Assembly: GCA_001938485.1 (NCBI GenBank)
Contig: MQRK01215724.1
Span: 1 to 54,618, forward strand
Source: Girardia tigrina
Taxonomy: Eukaryota
Direction: 5' to 3'
DNA length: 54,618 nt
Shown: positions 1 to 12,040 of the stretch, piece by piece
Position numbering within the stretch: position 1 is the first letter of the stretch
Layout: each line of letters begins with the position of its first letter
Made by a program: the position numbers and the translations under genes
The notes under the pieces: generated by a model
Database searches by the model: none
The model's input: only the letters and a program-made list of their open reading frames with translations
Told to the model about the DNA's origin: nothing

Positions 1-72
1 TTATCGAGTCAGATAATAATTATATGGACAAATGAAATTATAACTATTTTTTTGGATTGACACTGAAAATCG

Positions 73-368
73 TTGTTTGGATAGTCACAGACGAATATTT
101 TTCTCTGGATAGCCATAGAAAGTTATTATTTGGATAGCCACTGACGATTATTATTTGGATAGCCATAGACCATTATTATTTGGATAGACACTGACGATTA
201 TTATTTGGATAGCCATAAACCATTATTATTTGGATAGCCACAGACAATTATTATTTGTATAGTCATAGACCATTATTATTTGGATAGCCACAGACAATTA
301 TTATTTGGCTAGTCATAGACCATTATTATTTGGATATTCACAGACAATTATTATTTGGAGAGCCACAG
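73..368. repeat. 25-bp minisatellite (TTATTATTTGGATAGCCAYWGACVA) with alternating 50-bp higher-order structure
   Basis: About 12 tandem copies are visible; units alternate between ...CAC(T/A)GAC(G/A)A and ...CATAGACCA. Confidence 0.95.
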
Positions 369-762
369 TTGATAAGATTGCTACTGACAGTTTTTTTTGT
401 GTTAAACAATTATTATATTCTCGTTGCAAAGAACAATTTATTCCTGCTGTTCACGTATCTTTGTAAGGTTTTTTTTGTATTAGAATCAGTGTTACAAATA
501 AATCTTATTTATTCAACCCCATAACTTCATTTAATTATAGTGTTATTAAAAAACTTCATTATAATATATATATATATATACTGTATATATGAAAACAAAG
601 AATTTGTTTGTTTTTGGTCCACATAAAGACTGGTGCCAGGCCTACTCGATTTAATATTTAGCAGAAAGTATTCACAAAGTAAGACCGCATATAAATGATA
701 AAATCAAATCAAAATATTAATGTCATGCAAATATTGTAGTTAATGAAATAAAAGTTTTATGG

Positions 763-1955
763 TTAACTAAATGACAGATGTGCGATAGCACGCAAATATG
801 TCAATACATCTGTTTGACCATATGTCTCAACAGCACTTTGTACTTTTTCATACATGATCCCGTATCGCTTCTCAGGTAGATAATTTGCTCGGACAAAACC
901 TTGCAGAAAATTTATTTTCTGCTTCGTGCAGTCCATAAGCATACCGTCAAGGAAACACCACGTTGTTTTGTGACAACATTGTAGCAGCGACTGTAGACTG
1001 TTATGCCATCCTTCGCAAATGTTGTTCGTTCGTGCAACACCATCACCAATCGTCTGCATTTGATTCCAAGTTTAAATTGCAAATAAGGTAGGTTTGTAGT
1101 TTTCTCCACGACCACGCATGCAACGTCCTCTGATGTAAGTGTGCCCGAAGTAGGTCAGCACCTCTTCAATGTTATTAATTGCTGGTATCGAGTCTAATAA
1201 CAGTTCGAAGGCTTCTGTAACATCTTGTACTGGTACATGAGATAGGGCGGCAAGACAAAGAACAGCGATACACACATTTTTATTAGTTTAATATTCCACT
1301 TTCAATCCAACCTCATGTACTTTTCGTATTACGCTTTTGGCAAGATGGAAATAGCAGCCTGTAGTACGAGCATCAGGATTTTTTTCTTGAAATCCACCCA
1401 TTGCTGCCATTTCAAAATCTGTTCGAATAATTTTTGGTGCTGCCCAAGGATTTGGATGCAATACTTCCTGGAATAATCAGTCGTACATGGCACGTGTTTT
1501 ATCTGGTAAAAGACAATATAACGCAGCTGGATAACCTTTGACAAATTGAAAATGAATAGTGTAAAGCTGGAAAAATACTTTACTTTGCACATTAAGGTTA
1601 TTTCAATACTTAAAATTTTTAATTAAAATATTTTTGTCATTATTACCTAATAATACTTTAATAAATTATAATATATTCTGAAAATTATTCCATTTAAACT
1701 TAATATAAATTTTAAAATCATATTATTAAGAACAATTAAAATATTAGATTCTGGCCCACACAAGCCAAAATCATGGAATACTATACAAATATTAAAATGC
1801 TAAATTTACAAATATTGCTGATGATGATGTATGTAATCATCGAAACATGTCCAATAAATATATAAAAGAAGCTTTAATCAAATTATATTTTAAAAATATT
1901 AAAAGCTGGGGACAAACCACCTATGGACAAACCACTTGTAGTAAAACCTCTGCGT
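763..1955 (-). mobile_element. Mutator-like (MULE) DNA transposon remnant with frameshifted transposase
   Basis: Minus-strand fragments read ARTTGCYFHLAKSVIRKV (GCxFH), LAALSHVP..V.EAF, YFGHTYI and RTNNICEGWHN, all typical of MULE transposases. GGACAAACCAC subterminal-type repeats lie at about 1909-1935. Confidence 0.85.
1813..1856 (+). ncRNA. Minimal type I hammerhead ribozyme (Penelope pLTR type)
   Basis: The sequence reads TATTG-CTGATGA-T-GATG(tatgtaat)CATC-GAAA-CATGTC-CAATA. Stem I is TATTG/CAATA, stem II is GATG/CATC, helix III is the palindrome ACATGT, and cleavage is predicted after GUC (C1851). Confidence 0.85.
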
Positions 1956-2026
1956 ACTTTTTAAATTATTATTTTTAATTATTTTTTTTAAAAATTGTGT
2001 ATTTTTAAAAGATTAAGAAAAATTCT

Positions 2027-2450
2027 TCGAATAATCATGATTAAAATTAGAAATAACGAAACCAATTAGAGCGATGTCAAATGAAGAAAGATCTTCGGAG
2101 AGTTGTAATAACTCTAAATATTGTAGTAATAAAAATTCAACTGAGAATTGTCTCAATGTTCTTAATAGTATCATTTAATAATTATTAAAGATACCATTTT
2201 ACGGGCAATATTATAATAAATATTATTTAATCATATTTTCTATTTACCTATCATATAATTAGTTTTCTTTATAAAGATATTCATATTTTAAGATAGATTA
2301 ATCACTTTACCTTATTTTTAGCTAAAAATAGAAATAAAAAAAATGAGAACTATGTCAAACGGTGAACGATTTTCCGAGAGTTTTGATGACTCTAAATGTG
2401 ATATTAATAAATATCAAAATGATAATAGCCTCATTGTTCTTAACATGGTA
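2027..2450 (+). repeat. Two diverged copies of a ~140-bp exon-like unit; third copy at about 6128-6278
   Basis: The copies translate as MSNEERSSESCNNSKYC..CLNVLN and MSNGERFSESFDDSKCD..SLIVLN, separated by a GT...TTTTAG intron-like spacer. GAATAATCATGATTAAAA recurs near 6131. Confidence 0.55.
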
Positions 2451-2459
2451 ACACATGAT

Positions 2460-3400
2460 CTCGTAACACCAATTATCAGAAGACAAGAATTATTCCTGAT
2501 AAGTTTCGATAGATACTCAAAATGTTTTTGGATTTAAGAAAGACAAAAAATAATATTAGTTACAGCATTCATGACCTCTGAGGCAATAAACAAATATGAG
2601 AAAACACAAGGAGAGAGCTGGGGAAAATGCATTTCCTAAAGAGAAGAAAAGCTTAGAGATTATGAAAAAAACTTGTAGAGATTAAAATCGACGATAAAAA
2701 TCAATCGGAAGTATTCAAGAAGATTGATGAACTAATAGAGAAAATAGTGAAGAAAAAACTGTGGAAAAAGAACTTGCATATCTAGCGTGCAGCGTACGCC
2801 ATCGAAGAAAGAGAAATAAAGAGAGAAATAACTCTGAGAAATGTCAAAAAAGCAGAAGATATAAAGAATATCCAAGAGAAGATTTATGAATTTGAGCTGA
2901 AGGACATGAATATAAAAGTGGACACAAACGATAATGCAGCTAATTTATAAAAAATACTGAGGTTTAACATAAGTTATAATAAATTTAAAAGACTACCAAG
3001 TATAGTGTTTCACATAAAGTATAAAAATGTACAGGGTCTTTTGGATGTATGAGCCAGAATATGTGTCAGAATATTTTTCGGAAATAAATAAGTGGAAACA
3101 CTAAAAAGAAATATTTATAAAATACTTAATAGTGAATGCGAAAAATTAAATTTTATTAAAACTTTAAACAAAATTATATTAATCTAAAATTAATAAATAA
3201 AATCGAAAAAATGAAATAAATTTTTTTAAAATACCGAAATGCTAATTTTTATTAAAAATGAAGAACATTTACACAAAAATTTATCTAAATATTTTTTTAA
3301 GAAATTTAGGTTTAAATAAATTTCAATATTACAATATAAAAATATTTTTAGATAATTTATAAATTCAAACTCATTTAAAGACAAAAACAATCCTAAAATA
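2460..3400 (+). mobile_element. Highly decayed LTR-retrotransposon gag/protease-like remnant
   Basis: Purine-rich coding-like strand, with KNVQGLLDV*ARICV at about 3025-3067 resembling the retroviral protease LLDTGA motif. Confidence 0.35.
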
Positions 3401-3667
3401 TTCATCAAAGATTTCTTGAAAAATAGACAAACAGATGAGCAGAAAAAAATCTAAACAGAATATAAATAAGTTTATCTCTAAAGCCAGAAAAAAATACAAA
3501 ATAAATCGTAACAGATTCTTCCTGTTTCTTTCCTGATAATAAGAGTCATGGTTGAGATGAGATTGGCGAAGTCATTAGGGTCCGCTCTGAGGACAGCCAG
3601 ACAGCGTTTCATTTTGAGTCCCTTTTCAAGAAGATCTGAAGGTGCATAATATAAATAATTAATTTTT

Positions 3668-4344
3668 TACAAGCTTTTATTACGTTTCATTTGTTTGTCT
3701 GCCTGGATGCATCAAATCTTGCGATCGAAAATTCACCCACTTCCCGTTCACCTAACCACATGAAACTTTCAGGACTGATGTATTCTAGGTGACAATACAC
3801 TTTTTCCTGAAAATCTTTGAAAAACAATAATTATTTTAAATTATCTTTGCAAAAAAACACTTACGATTATTTGCAAATTTATACACTGTATTACATAGCA
3901 ATCTTTTTGTTTATTTTCATGAATGAAATTAAAACTCTATAAAATTACCAAATAATCATTATTATTACAAGCTTTTATTGCGTTTCATTTGTTTGTCTGT
4001 CTGGATGCATCAAATCTTGCGATCGAAAATTCACCCACTTCCCGTTCACCTAGCGACATGACACTTTCAGGACTGATGTATTCTAGGTAACAATACACTT
4101 TTCACTGTCACTGCTCATCTACCGCCTTTAGTTTGGCCGCAAAAAGTAATTAAAGTGTCGTTCTCATGTTTTCCTCAGTAGTAGGCTTTGAAATTTGCTA
4201 CATCTAAATGCAAATAGAAAGCGGGTTTTTGCCTAGTAGGCTTTGATAATTCAGTCAAAAAATGTGAGAAGTGGGTGAAATAGATACAGAACCGCAAACA
4301 TATGACAAATTATAAAAGCTTGTACACCAAAAAATTTTTTTGGT
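3668..4344 (+). mobile_element. Helentron-associated non-autonomous element (HINE/DINE-1-like) with duplicated 5' end
   Basis: Sub-TIR TACAAGCTTTTA at 3668 and 3966, each followed by TTTGTTTGTCTG and the same ~135 bp. Inverted sub-TIR TAAAAGCTTGTA at 4313-4324 is followed by the palindrome ACCAAAAAA/TTTTTTGGT (4326-4344). Confidence 0.75.
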
Positions 4345-5149
4345 ATGATTATACTTATTTATATTCTATTTCATAAATTAATAATTTTAATTGCCAATTT
4401 CCAAACGATCCTAATCTCACCGGAACATTATTCATTATATAAATAAACATCGAATACATAACAAATATGAATGACAGTTTTACAATTATTCTAATGACTT
4501 ATCCGTAAACTCCAAATATTTATTACGTGTTCTTTTGTTTCAAGCAGCAATATTAATAATAAAAAGAGAATAAAATGGAATGAACTGTTTTATTTCTGAT
4601 TTTAGTTTCGTAATGACACACTGTCGACCCCCCTTGCGCGTATGGGGAATGACAAAAACACCGGAATCTCCCTTCCTGTTATAAGAGTTAATAAAAAGTA
4701 TTCAATGAAAAGCAATTATTTAATGTAAATGTTAAATGAGACACGGAATAATAGTCTAATTTTTTGTTTGACTTAAACAATAGAAAATTAACAGATGTAT
4801 TTGAATTCATTCAAACGACTCAATTTTCTATTAATATTTTTTTTGAATTAATAAATTAATTAGCGTTTATTTTTAATTAAAGGTTTTCTTATTTTTTAAA
4901 TTAAAAAAAATGATTCAGTTTGAAATTTATCGTAATTTGTATAATTCTTTTTCCCCGGAGGGGTCGAGACAAAAACATCACTTAAAACTAAATCAACATA
5001 TAACTTTAATTTTCACTATTATTTTGAATTTAAATATTCATTTTATTTCTATTTAAAATTATTTTCCATTATTTTTCTTAAATGTTAAGAAAAATGTATA
5101 ATTTTATTTATATTTCTGTAATGCAAAATATATTTATTTTAATAAGCTT

Positions 5150-5960
5150 GCAATCAGGATTTCTAGAATTTTTTACAACATGTATATGTTATCCCTCAAG
5201 TGTCCCATGGGAATATTTAAACCATGATTTACGGTTTCATAAATAGAAAACAACATCCAAACTCACTGAATTAGGTCCTTTATCTATATCAGTGGTCTTC
5301 AAAATGTGTTCCGCGGAACCCTAGGGTTCCATGAAATCCCTCAAGGGTTCCACAAAAAAATCAGTAATTCAAAAGAAATTGCTTCATTTCTCATAAAAAA
5401 ACATAAATAAAACATTGCTACAAAGACAAAATGCAGAAACAAACTTGATGCAGAAAATGTCATGCGCCTACGGTTAACATCAATTTCTCCAAATATTGTC
5501 AAATTATGTGGTGAAAAACAAGCTCACCCAAGTCATTAATTCAATTTTTTTATTTTTACGTTTTTTATTGTGTAAATAGATGTTACATTGATTTTTTTTA
5601 TTTTTGAATAATTTTGAATTTATATTTAAGAAAGCTAACTATGCATAAATAAATTTATTTCACATGAGGGTTACGCGAGTTTTTGAAGTTTGAAGACCAC
5701 TGATTTATATTGTTACTCATCAAAGCTCTGTTGTGTTGTGTAGAGACCTGTATATGTTGTCTTGCTGTATAATTCGGTTCAATATTTTCCATTCATCTTA
5801 GTGACAAGAATGATAAGAAAAGGAAGTTTGTTATTAACTTCCAATTCTGTGGTGAATTTAATATTAGGATGCTGATCATTAAAAATTTTTAGGAATGTTT
5901 CTTTAAGAGATTGGTTTTTGAAAACAAGAAAGATTTATCTAGTTATCTTTTGTAGAGCAC
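5150..5960 (-). mobile_element. Penelope-like retroelement RT fragment interrupted by a hAT insertion
   Basis: The minus strand reads FLKIFNDQHPNIKFTTELEVNNKLPFL...KTTYTGLY, and decayed Penelope-like sequence (LIQ*VWMLFS) continues beyond the insertion. Confidence 0.8.
5290..5702 (+). mobile_element. Non-autonomous hAT (Buster/Charlie-type) deletion derivative
   Basis: 14-bp TIR CAGTGGTCTTCAAA/TTTGAAGACCACTG; 8-bp TSD ATCTATAT/ATTTATAT; retains the transposase C-terminus KTKCRNKLDAE..RLRLTSISPNI..KQAHPSH*. Confidence 0.92.
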
Positions 5961-7099
5961 AGGTTTTTAAAAATTAAATTTTAAAATTAAAATTTAAATA
6001 GATAATATTTTTAAAATATTTCTTGAAAATAAAATTTAATAAAGTTTCAATGTAGTTGAAATGCAAAATAAATTTAAAATTATTAATTTGATTCAAAAAT
6101 TCCAAAATAAAGAAATAAAAAAAATTGTTCGAATAATCATGATTAAAAAATCAGAAAAGAAATTTTCACCAACTGAAATGTAGAATTTGGAACAAACTTT
6201 CGAGAGCACTGACTGATAAAATTATCATTTTTGTAATAATAAATGTTGTAAAAATAATTGTGTCAATATTCTTAAAAAATTTAGTGCTAGTGTTGACCGA
6301 CCTATATATGATACAAGAAGAAAATCTCGGACTTAATTTTTTTTTAATTTTTTATTACTTATTCCGAATTATATGGAAAGTATTCCGCAATAATTGTTAA
6401 GTATTTTGTATTGTGTTTAACGTATTATAACTTGAAAGAAAAATTATTTTATCAAATTGTAATGTTGAAATGAATAAAGAACAATAACACTAGTTTAATC
6501 GATATTAGCTGTGAATTTATAAAATTATTTTTTTTGTATTTTATATATTGTGTTTACTGAGAAAAATCTTTGGAAAATTATTGACAAGGAAAAATAGTGT
6601 TTGTTGTGTATTATACCAGTGTCATTCACCTGATCAAAAGAACCATATCTGAGGGATTGAAAGAGAAACTGGATCTATCTGTCAGTGAATGTTCACTAAT
6701 CCATGTTTTGAAATGATGATTTGTCTCACCAATGTACGAGATTTAATACTTGTGACAGTTAAATTTGTACACAAAATTAGCTTTCACTAAATTGTCAGTT
6801 TGGATTTCATGGTAAGGTAATTTCTTACTTTGGATGTTACGGACACTATTTTAACATTATCGATATTTTTATAAATTGTATTTTTAAATCTTCTGAAACC
6901 TTCTGAATATAGAATTTTATTAATTTTAACGCGTTCCACTTAATTTCCATTCTTAATTTTGTAAGTGTGGATTTCATGTATCATTAATTTAATATTTTTT
7001 TTCTATTTGTTTATGAAATAAAAATATATATCGAATAGGCCATGGTTTCACTGTATATTTCCATGTTGCACTAAATACCTTTGTACAGTGAAAGTCTTC

Positions 7100-8356
7100 A
7101 AGAATCACGGAACGAAAGAACATGACTGGTTATTTCTCAGATGAAAGCCGAAACGTGCCTGTGTATTTAAAGCTAACACTCTTGCATCCGAAGCTGCGTG
7201 AGAAGATCATATAACTTTGTATTTGTCAAATGATTTCAACCCGATACTGGTTCTATGATTCACTACACTGGGCCAATACTGATTATTAATTTTAATATGA
7301 AATTATACGCCACAGTCGGGTACGACTAAATTCATTACCAAAAAAGGTCCTTCCCTTGTGATTCGTGTTTTTGAATCGATCAAGAGATCTAACGGTCTCC
7401 CAACTAGGACCCCACATCTTTTTTATAGGACTATCTAAGGAGAGATGTGCCTTTGGGGCTCTCCCTTAGGGCTCGAATACGCTGTAAAATCCATTTTCAA
7501 TATTACTACGATAACGTTTTCGGATGATGAGTGTACTCCGAAGCTGATGATGCTTGATCTGCTAGACTACCTAATAAGCATACAAAAGCATAGAGAACTT
7601 ATCTGTTGCTCTGCAATATATTCAGAATAATAAAGTCTTTCTAAAGCCCCAGGGTCTCTTTGAATAGTCGGGATTTATGACTGCAGTTCAGCATATTGAT
7701 AGTGAGACTGGTATTAGAATCAGAAAACACTATGAAATGTGCAAATCAAGATTTTACCTCGAGGTTGTCTTGTCCTTCTAGAAGGTCTTTTTGTATATCG
7801 CAAATAAAAAATCTATTAGCACAACATTGCACAATAAATTGTAAAAGAGTATGTTGTTCAAACTAATTCAAATGGCCCAAACTAGAATTATTTGTAATAT
7901 CATTACTAGTAGTGCAAGGTTGAACAAATTTTTCAATAGTGGAAAGGTACACAATAGGTTGTTTTTCTTTCATAATAGCTAGGTCTGCTTTCAACAAAGA
8001 CATCATTTGCTACCAAAAACACCTTCTATGATAATAATTGTCGGTTTTGTAAGGAGCATAGGGAAACAATTTAGCACTTGCTAGTTAACTCTGATTATCT
8101 TAAGTCTTTAATTATCAAAAGACATGATAAAAAGACTCTTTGGAATATTTATTGGTACCAACCTACGGCACGGACAAGTTCAGTCCGAAAAGCCGCATTT
8201 TTCCAGGATGGTACATATAAGCGACGGGATTTAACTGTTACAACGGATACTGAAATTTTGTTGATTGAGGCCAAGTGCTCCTTCGATTCTGATAAAAGCT
8301 TGAAGTTGAGAAAGGACTCCGTTTGTGAGAAGTATAACAGAATATTTTTTGAATAA
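7100..8356 (+). mobile_element. RLE-type (R2/R4/NeSL-like) non-LTR retrotransposon 3' remnant
   Basis: Zn-knuckle/RHD motif CRFCKEHRETI*HLL...KRHD, then RRDL...LLIEAKCSF...EKY, matching the PD-(D/E)xK restriction-like endonuclease. The 5' boundary is approximate. Confidence 0.75.
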
Positions 8357-9086
8357 TCAATGAATAAATTTTGAATAATTTTTTGAATAAATTTCATAAT
8401 TTTTTGAAAGATCGCAACATATTTTTTCTACTAAAGGAATGTTTGTATATAAAAAAGAGATATAAAAAGAAACCCTGAATTTTTGTATTTATTTGTTTTG
8501 TGTAAAAAATATCATAAAATAGTACATTAATCGAGATAAAATATATATATCGTAATATGAAAATTAATGGAAAAATCATTTTCTAAAAAAATACGATGAA
8601 CTGATTTAGCAAAAAATCAATTTATTTTCAAATGATTTTTTTCAATCTTTTATCAAAAATAATAAAAAGATTGTAGAAACTTATTGTAACAATTTAGTAA
8701 CAATTTTTATTAGAAATATTTTTTCAGTAATATTTTCAATTTTCATTTTATAACATTAATGTAAAATTCGATTTCTTCATTAAATATTTTTATTTCAAAT
8801 GTATAATTTGATAAAATAATAATTTCCTCTTCTCGTCGATATTAATTATTCATTCGTGAAATTTTACAGTTTCACGAAAAGCATTAAAATATGCTTTATT
8901 TGATGATAAAACAAAATCTGTTTGAATAAGTAATAAATTTGTGATAAAATTAGAAATAGAAAGTTAAATAAACCATAAGAAACAGAAGATCATACAGAAT
9001 AATGCATTTTAACTACGTCGGATAGACTGTATAGCGCGATCGACAAATGCAGTGTCGCTCAAATTAATCAGTCAGTACATTTTTTA

Positions 9087-9810
9087 ATGTTATTTAATTT
9101 GTGGTCTCCGACCTACTTTTTCCGATCGTTGTCTGTGTCATCTACTTATTTAAAATCTGGTAAATGCATCAACAGGCTAACAAACTTACTAAATAATAAT
9201 GGTTATTCAAAATCTTATATTGAAAGATTGATAAATGAAACTAATACTAAATTACTTGATAATTTTAAGAAAAATAATTGTGAGGTGAACTATAATTATT
9301 CACACCAATAATATTGATAAGGTTGGTCAATTAAATGAACGAAGAATAGGCTTTGTTCTAACTGATCCTTATTCAAAAGGATTTAAGAGATTTAAAAATT
9401 CTATTAAACGTTGTGATCCAAATAATTTACTGGGATTAAAGGTTGTTTCTCAAACATAAAAAGTTGAAACTATGTTTAGCAATAAATCTGTTACTCCGTT
9501 TGTCCTGTGTTCGGATTTAGTTTATCAATATTTTTGTAAAGGGTGTGATGCCACATATATTGCAGAGACGTCTCATCATCTCGGCAAACGAATCCAAGAA
9601 CACGGTCGAACTTATGGTATTAGTAATATTGCTGAACATAGAACGAAATGTAAAATTAATTTTGAGATAAATAATTTTACGGTTCTGTGTTCAAAATTTG
9701 CAACTTATTGGGAGAGAGTTGCATGTAGAGCTTTATTAATCAGGACCCACAATCTTAAAATAAATGTTCAAGCGACAATGTCAACCAATTTATTAAAAAT
9801 ATTTAATTAA
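9087..9810 (+). mobile_element. Penelope-like retroelement 3' fragment (RT thumb plus GIY-YIG endonuclease)
   Basis: LLNNNGYSKSYI followed by LVYQYFCKGCDATYIAETSHHLGKRIQEH...IAEH, the PLE GIY-YIG pattern with CCHH residues. Confidence 0.88.
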
Positions 9811-10039
9811 AAAGCAATTACATGATTTGATTACATAATCACTGCTTCCATATTTATCAAATTCCACAATTTATCAAATGATTTTGACAATTTATAAAAT
9901 AATTTTAAAACATGTTAAATTTTTTTATGTTGACTTTTTAATGAAATATAAAATGTTTTTAACTTTTGTTAGTCAAATTATATTGATAATGTTTTTAAAG
10001 GAAATAAAATTTTATTATTCTACTGAATAATATGAATGT

Positions 10040-11110
10040 TTCTAAAGTATGACTAAGAATCTTGGTCTCAAGGAACAAAATGTGTTTTACCTCCAAAACC
10101 AACTAATTGTTCATCACACGTTATGTCACACTCAGGTACAAAGTATTTTCGCAAAACATTGTTGAATAGCATCCAGATTTCAGAAAAAGCAGCAAATTTA
10201 TCTGAAACAATCCGATCATTTCTTGTCAAAGTATTATCAAACCACATTGACTGCAATAAAAACTTGAATCGTTTACATGACATACAAGCCTTGAAAAAAG
10301 GTCGCCCTTCTTTATGATTCCACAACTCATTCAAAACTGTTCTATTATCTCGATCTTTACCAGCTCGTAATAAAATTCCAATTCCAGCCATCAGTTCATC
10401 AAATTTAAAATTAGCCATGTAGAGAGAAAAACAAATGTTAAAATGAGTAGAAAATTGGTGACATAGAATAGCTGCTTTTCTATTAATGTGCATGAGGATT
10501 GTACGTGCGATTTCTTCATGTAAAAACAGTGGAAATGAATGTAATGGAGAGCTCGTACTTACTAAAAATCTTGGACGTTGAGTGAGAATGATTCTATTTC
10601 TTCTTCGATCTGGAATTGGTTCTCTACGTAAATAACACCCACTTTCGAATGAATATCACTATGATAAGAAGATGAATTATGATCATCACTGCTTCTCTCA
10701 CTGTCTGATGATGATCATTCACTAAATAAATTTATCTCACCTTCATCACTGCCGACCTGTATTTCACCTTGTGGTAATACATGAGCCATTTGGCATTCCT
10801 CAATAGCCTCAACAGTGATATCACAATTGTCATCATTATGCTCTTCAAATTCCTCTGTAACTCCCAGAGAAATACAAGCATCTCTAAATGTCTTGCGAAC
10901 TGGACGTTGTGTGTTGTGAGCAATTGATTTTTGAGATAGTTGTTCAGTTTGATGTTGGCCAGGAGTATGTGATGGCTTTTTCTGTCTAAGTAAACCTCTA
11001 TCAACAGGTTGACCAGTTATGGGACTGCTTTTTCCAATTTTAAGTCTTTCTGTCAATGGTGGAGGCATTGGAAACTCCTCATTATCTGATTCATTGTCAA
11101 TTCATAATTG
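10040..11110 (-). mobile_element. piggyBac transposase remnant (truncated)
   Basis: MSCKRFKFLLQSMWFDN, DKFAAF and YFVPECDITCDEQLVGF follow an acidic N-terminal region; TTAA/TIR ends were not found. Confidence 0.85.
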
Positions 11111-11679
11111 AAGTCTCTTATGCATTATGATGATGTACAAAGCAGGAAGGAGAGAGTGGATAATTATACAAAGCTTATAGGCCTAGCAAGTATTTAAATC
11201 TACTAAATCATATGACATATAATAATTTCTAAAAATAAAAATGTACATGAAAATAATGAAAATTTTTGTTTGCAATGCAATATCATTTAGTAAATTTCTG
11301 ACAACATTATCTATTATTATTGATAAAATATACTTCATGTCAATAAAAAGCCTTTCTGTCTCATAAATCATCAAATGATCTTAATGCAGTAAAATCATCA
11401 GAAAAGAAAGAAAATATTAAAAATATTTGCTTTCTAAATTTTGAATGTAAATTAAGGACTGATTGTAATGTCTTATAAGAAAAGATTCACTGAACTGTCG
11501 CTGATGACAATCAATAGTATAATAAACATTTTAAAGTAATTTAAGCAAATTATTGTCATATAAATATTTTTATATATATTGTCATATATATATTTTTATA
11601 AAGTAAAAAAGTTAATATTAATTTTGATGGAAATATTTAATTGAAATAAAATAAAAAGGAATATAAAGTTTAATATTAT

Positions 11680-12040
11680 ATTTGCGAAATGAAAATAAAC
11701 TAAACTATTTTTTGTAACTTTTATTTTACACGATTAAATCGAAGTAAATTAAAAATTATAATTTTATCCTTTGAAAATGTAATTCATTTGGAATCAAAAT
11801 ATAATTGCTAAACAATTAAATCGACGTAAATTAAAATGCGATTTTAATTTTATTTTCAAAACGTTATTTTATTAAATTTAAAAGTAATTTTTAAACTATT
11901 ATGAAAACGAAATTAAAATGCTATTTTATAGAATAGGGAATAATAAAATATTTGATAAACAGTTGAATTTAAATGTACAATAAAATTGAAATTTAATAAA
12001 AGATGCAACAAAATCTTTGTGACAAAATTTTAATAAATTC
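11680..12040. repeat. AT-rich dispersed repeat with inverted copy at about 29190-29640
   Basis: TTTAATAAAAGATGCAACAAAA..TTTGTGA..AAAATTTTAATAA matches the reverse complement at about 29205-29255, with further patchy similarity. Confidence 0.6.

Noticed and set aside
73-368. CRISPR-like array
   Set aside because: The units are contiguous with no unique spacers, there are no cas genes, and the context is eukaryotic.
3545-3630. Ribozyme-like GC island (CTGAGGA on plus; TCCTC loop on minus)
   Set aside because: No GAAA in the right position for a hammerhead and no P2 for an HDV-like fold.
4620-4700. GC-rich patch resembling a retroelement 5' leader motif
   Set aside because: Too degenerate to assign, with no adjacent ORF.
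7130-7165. Hammerhead-like GCCGAAACGTG
   Set aside because: The CTGANGA box and stem I are absent.
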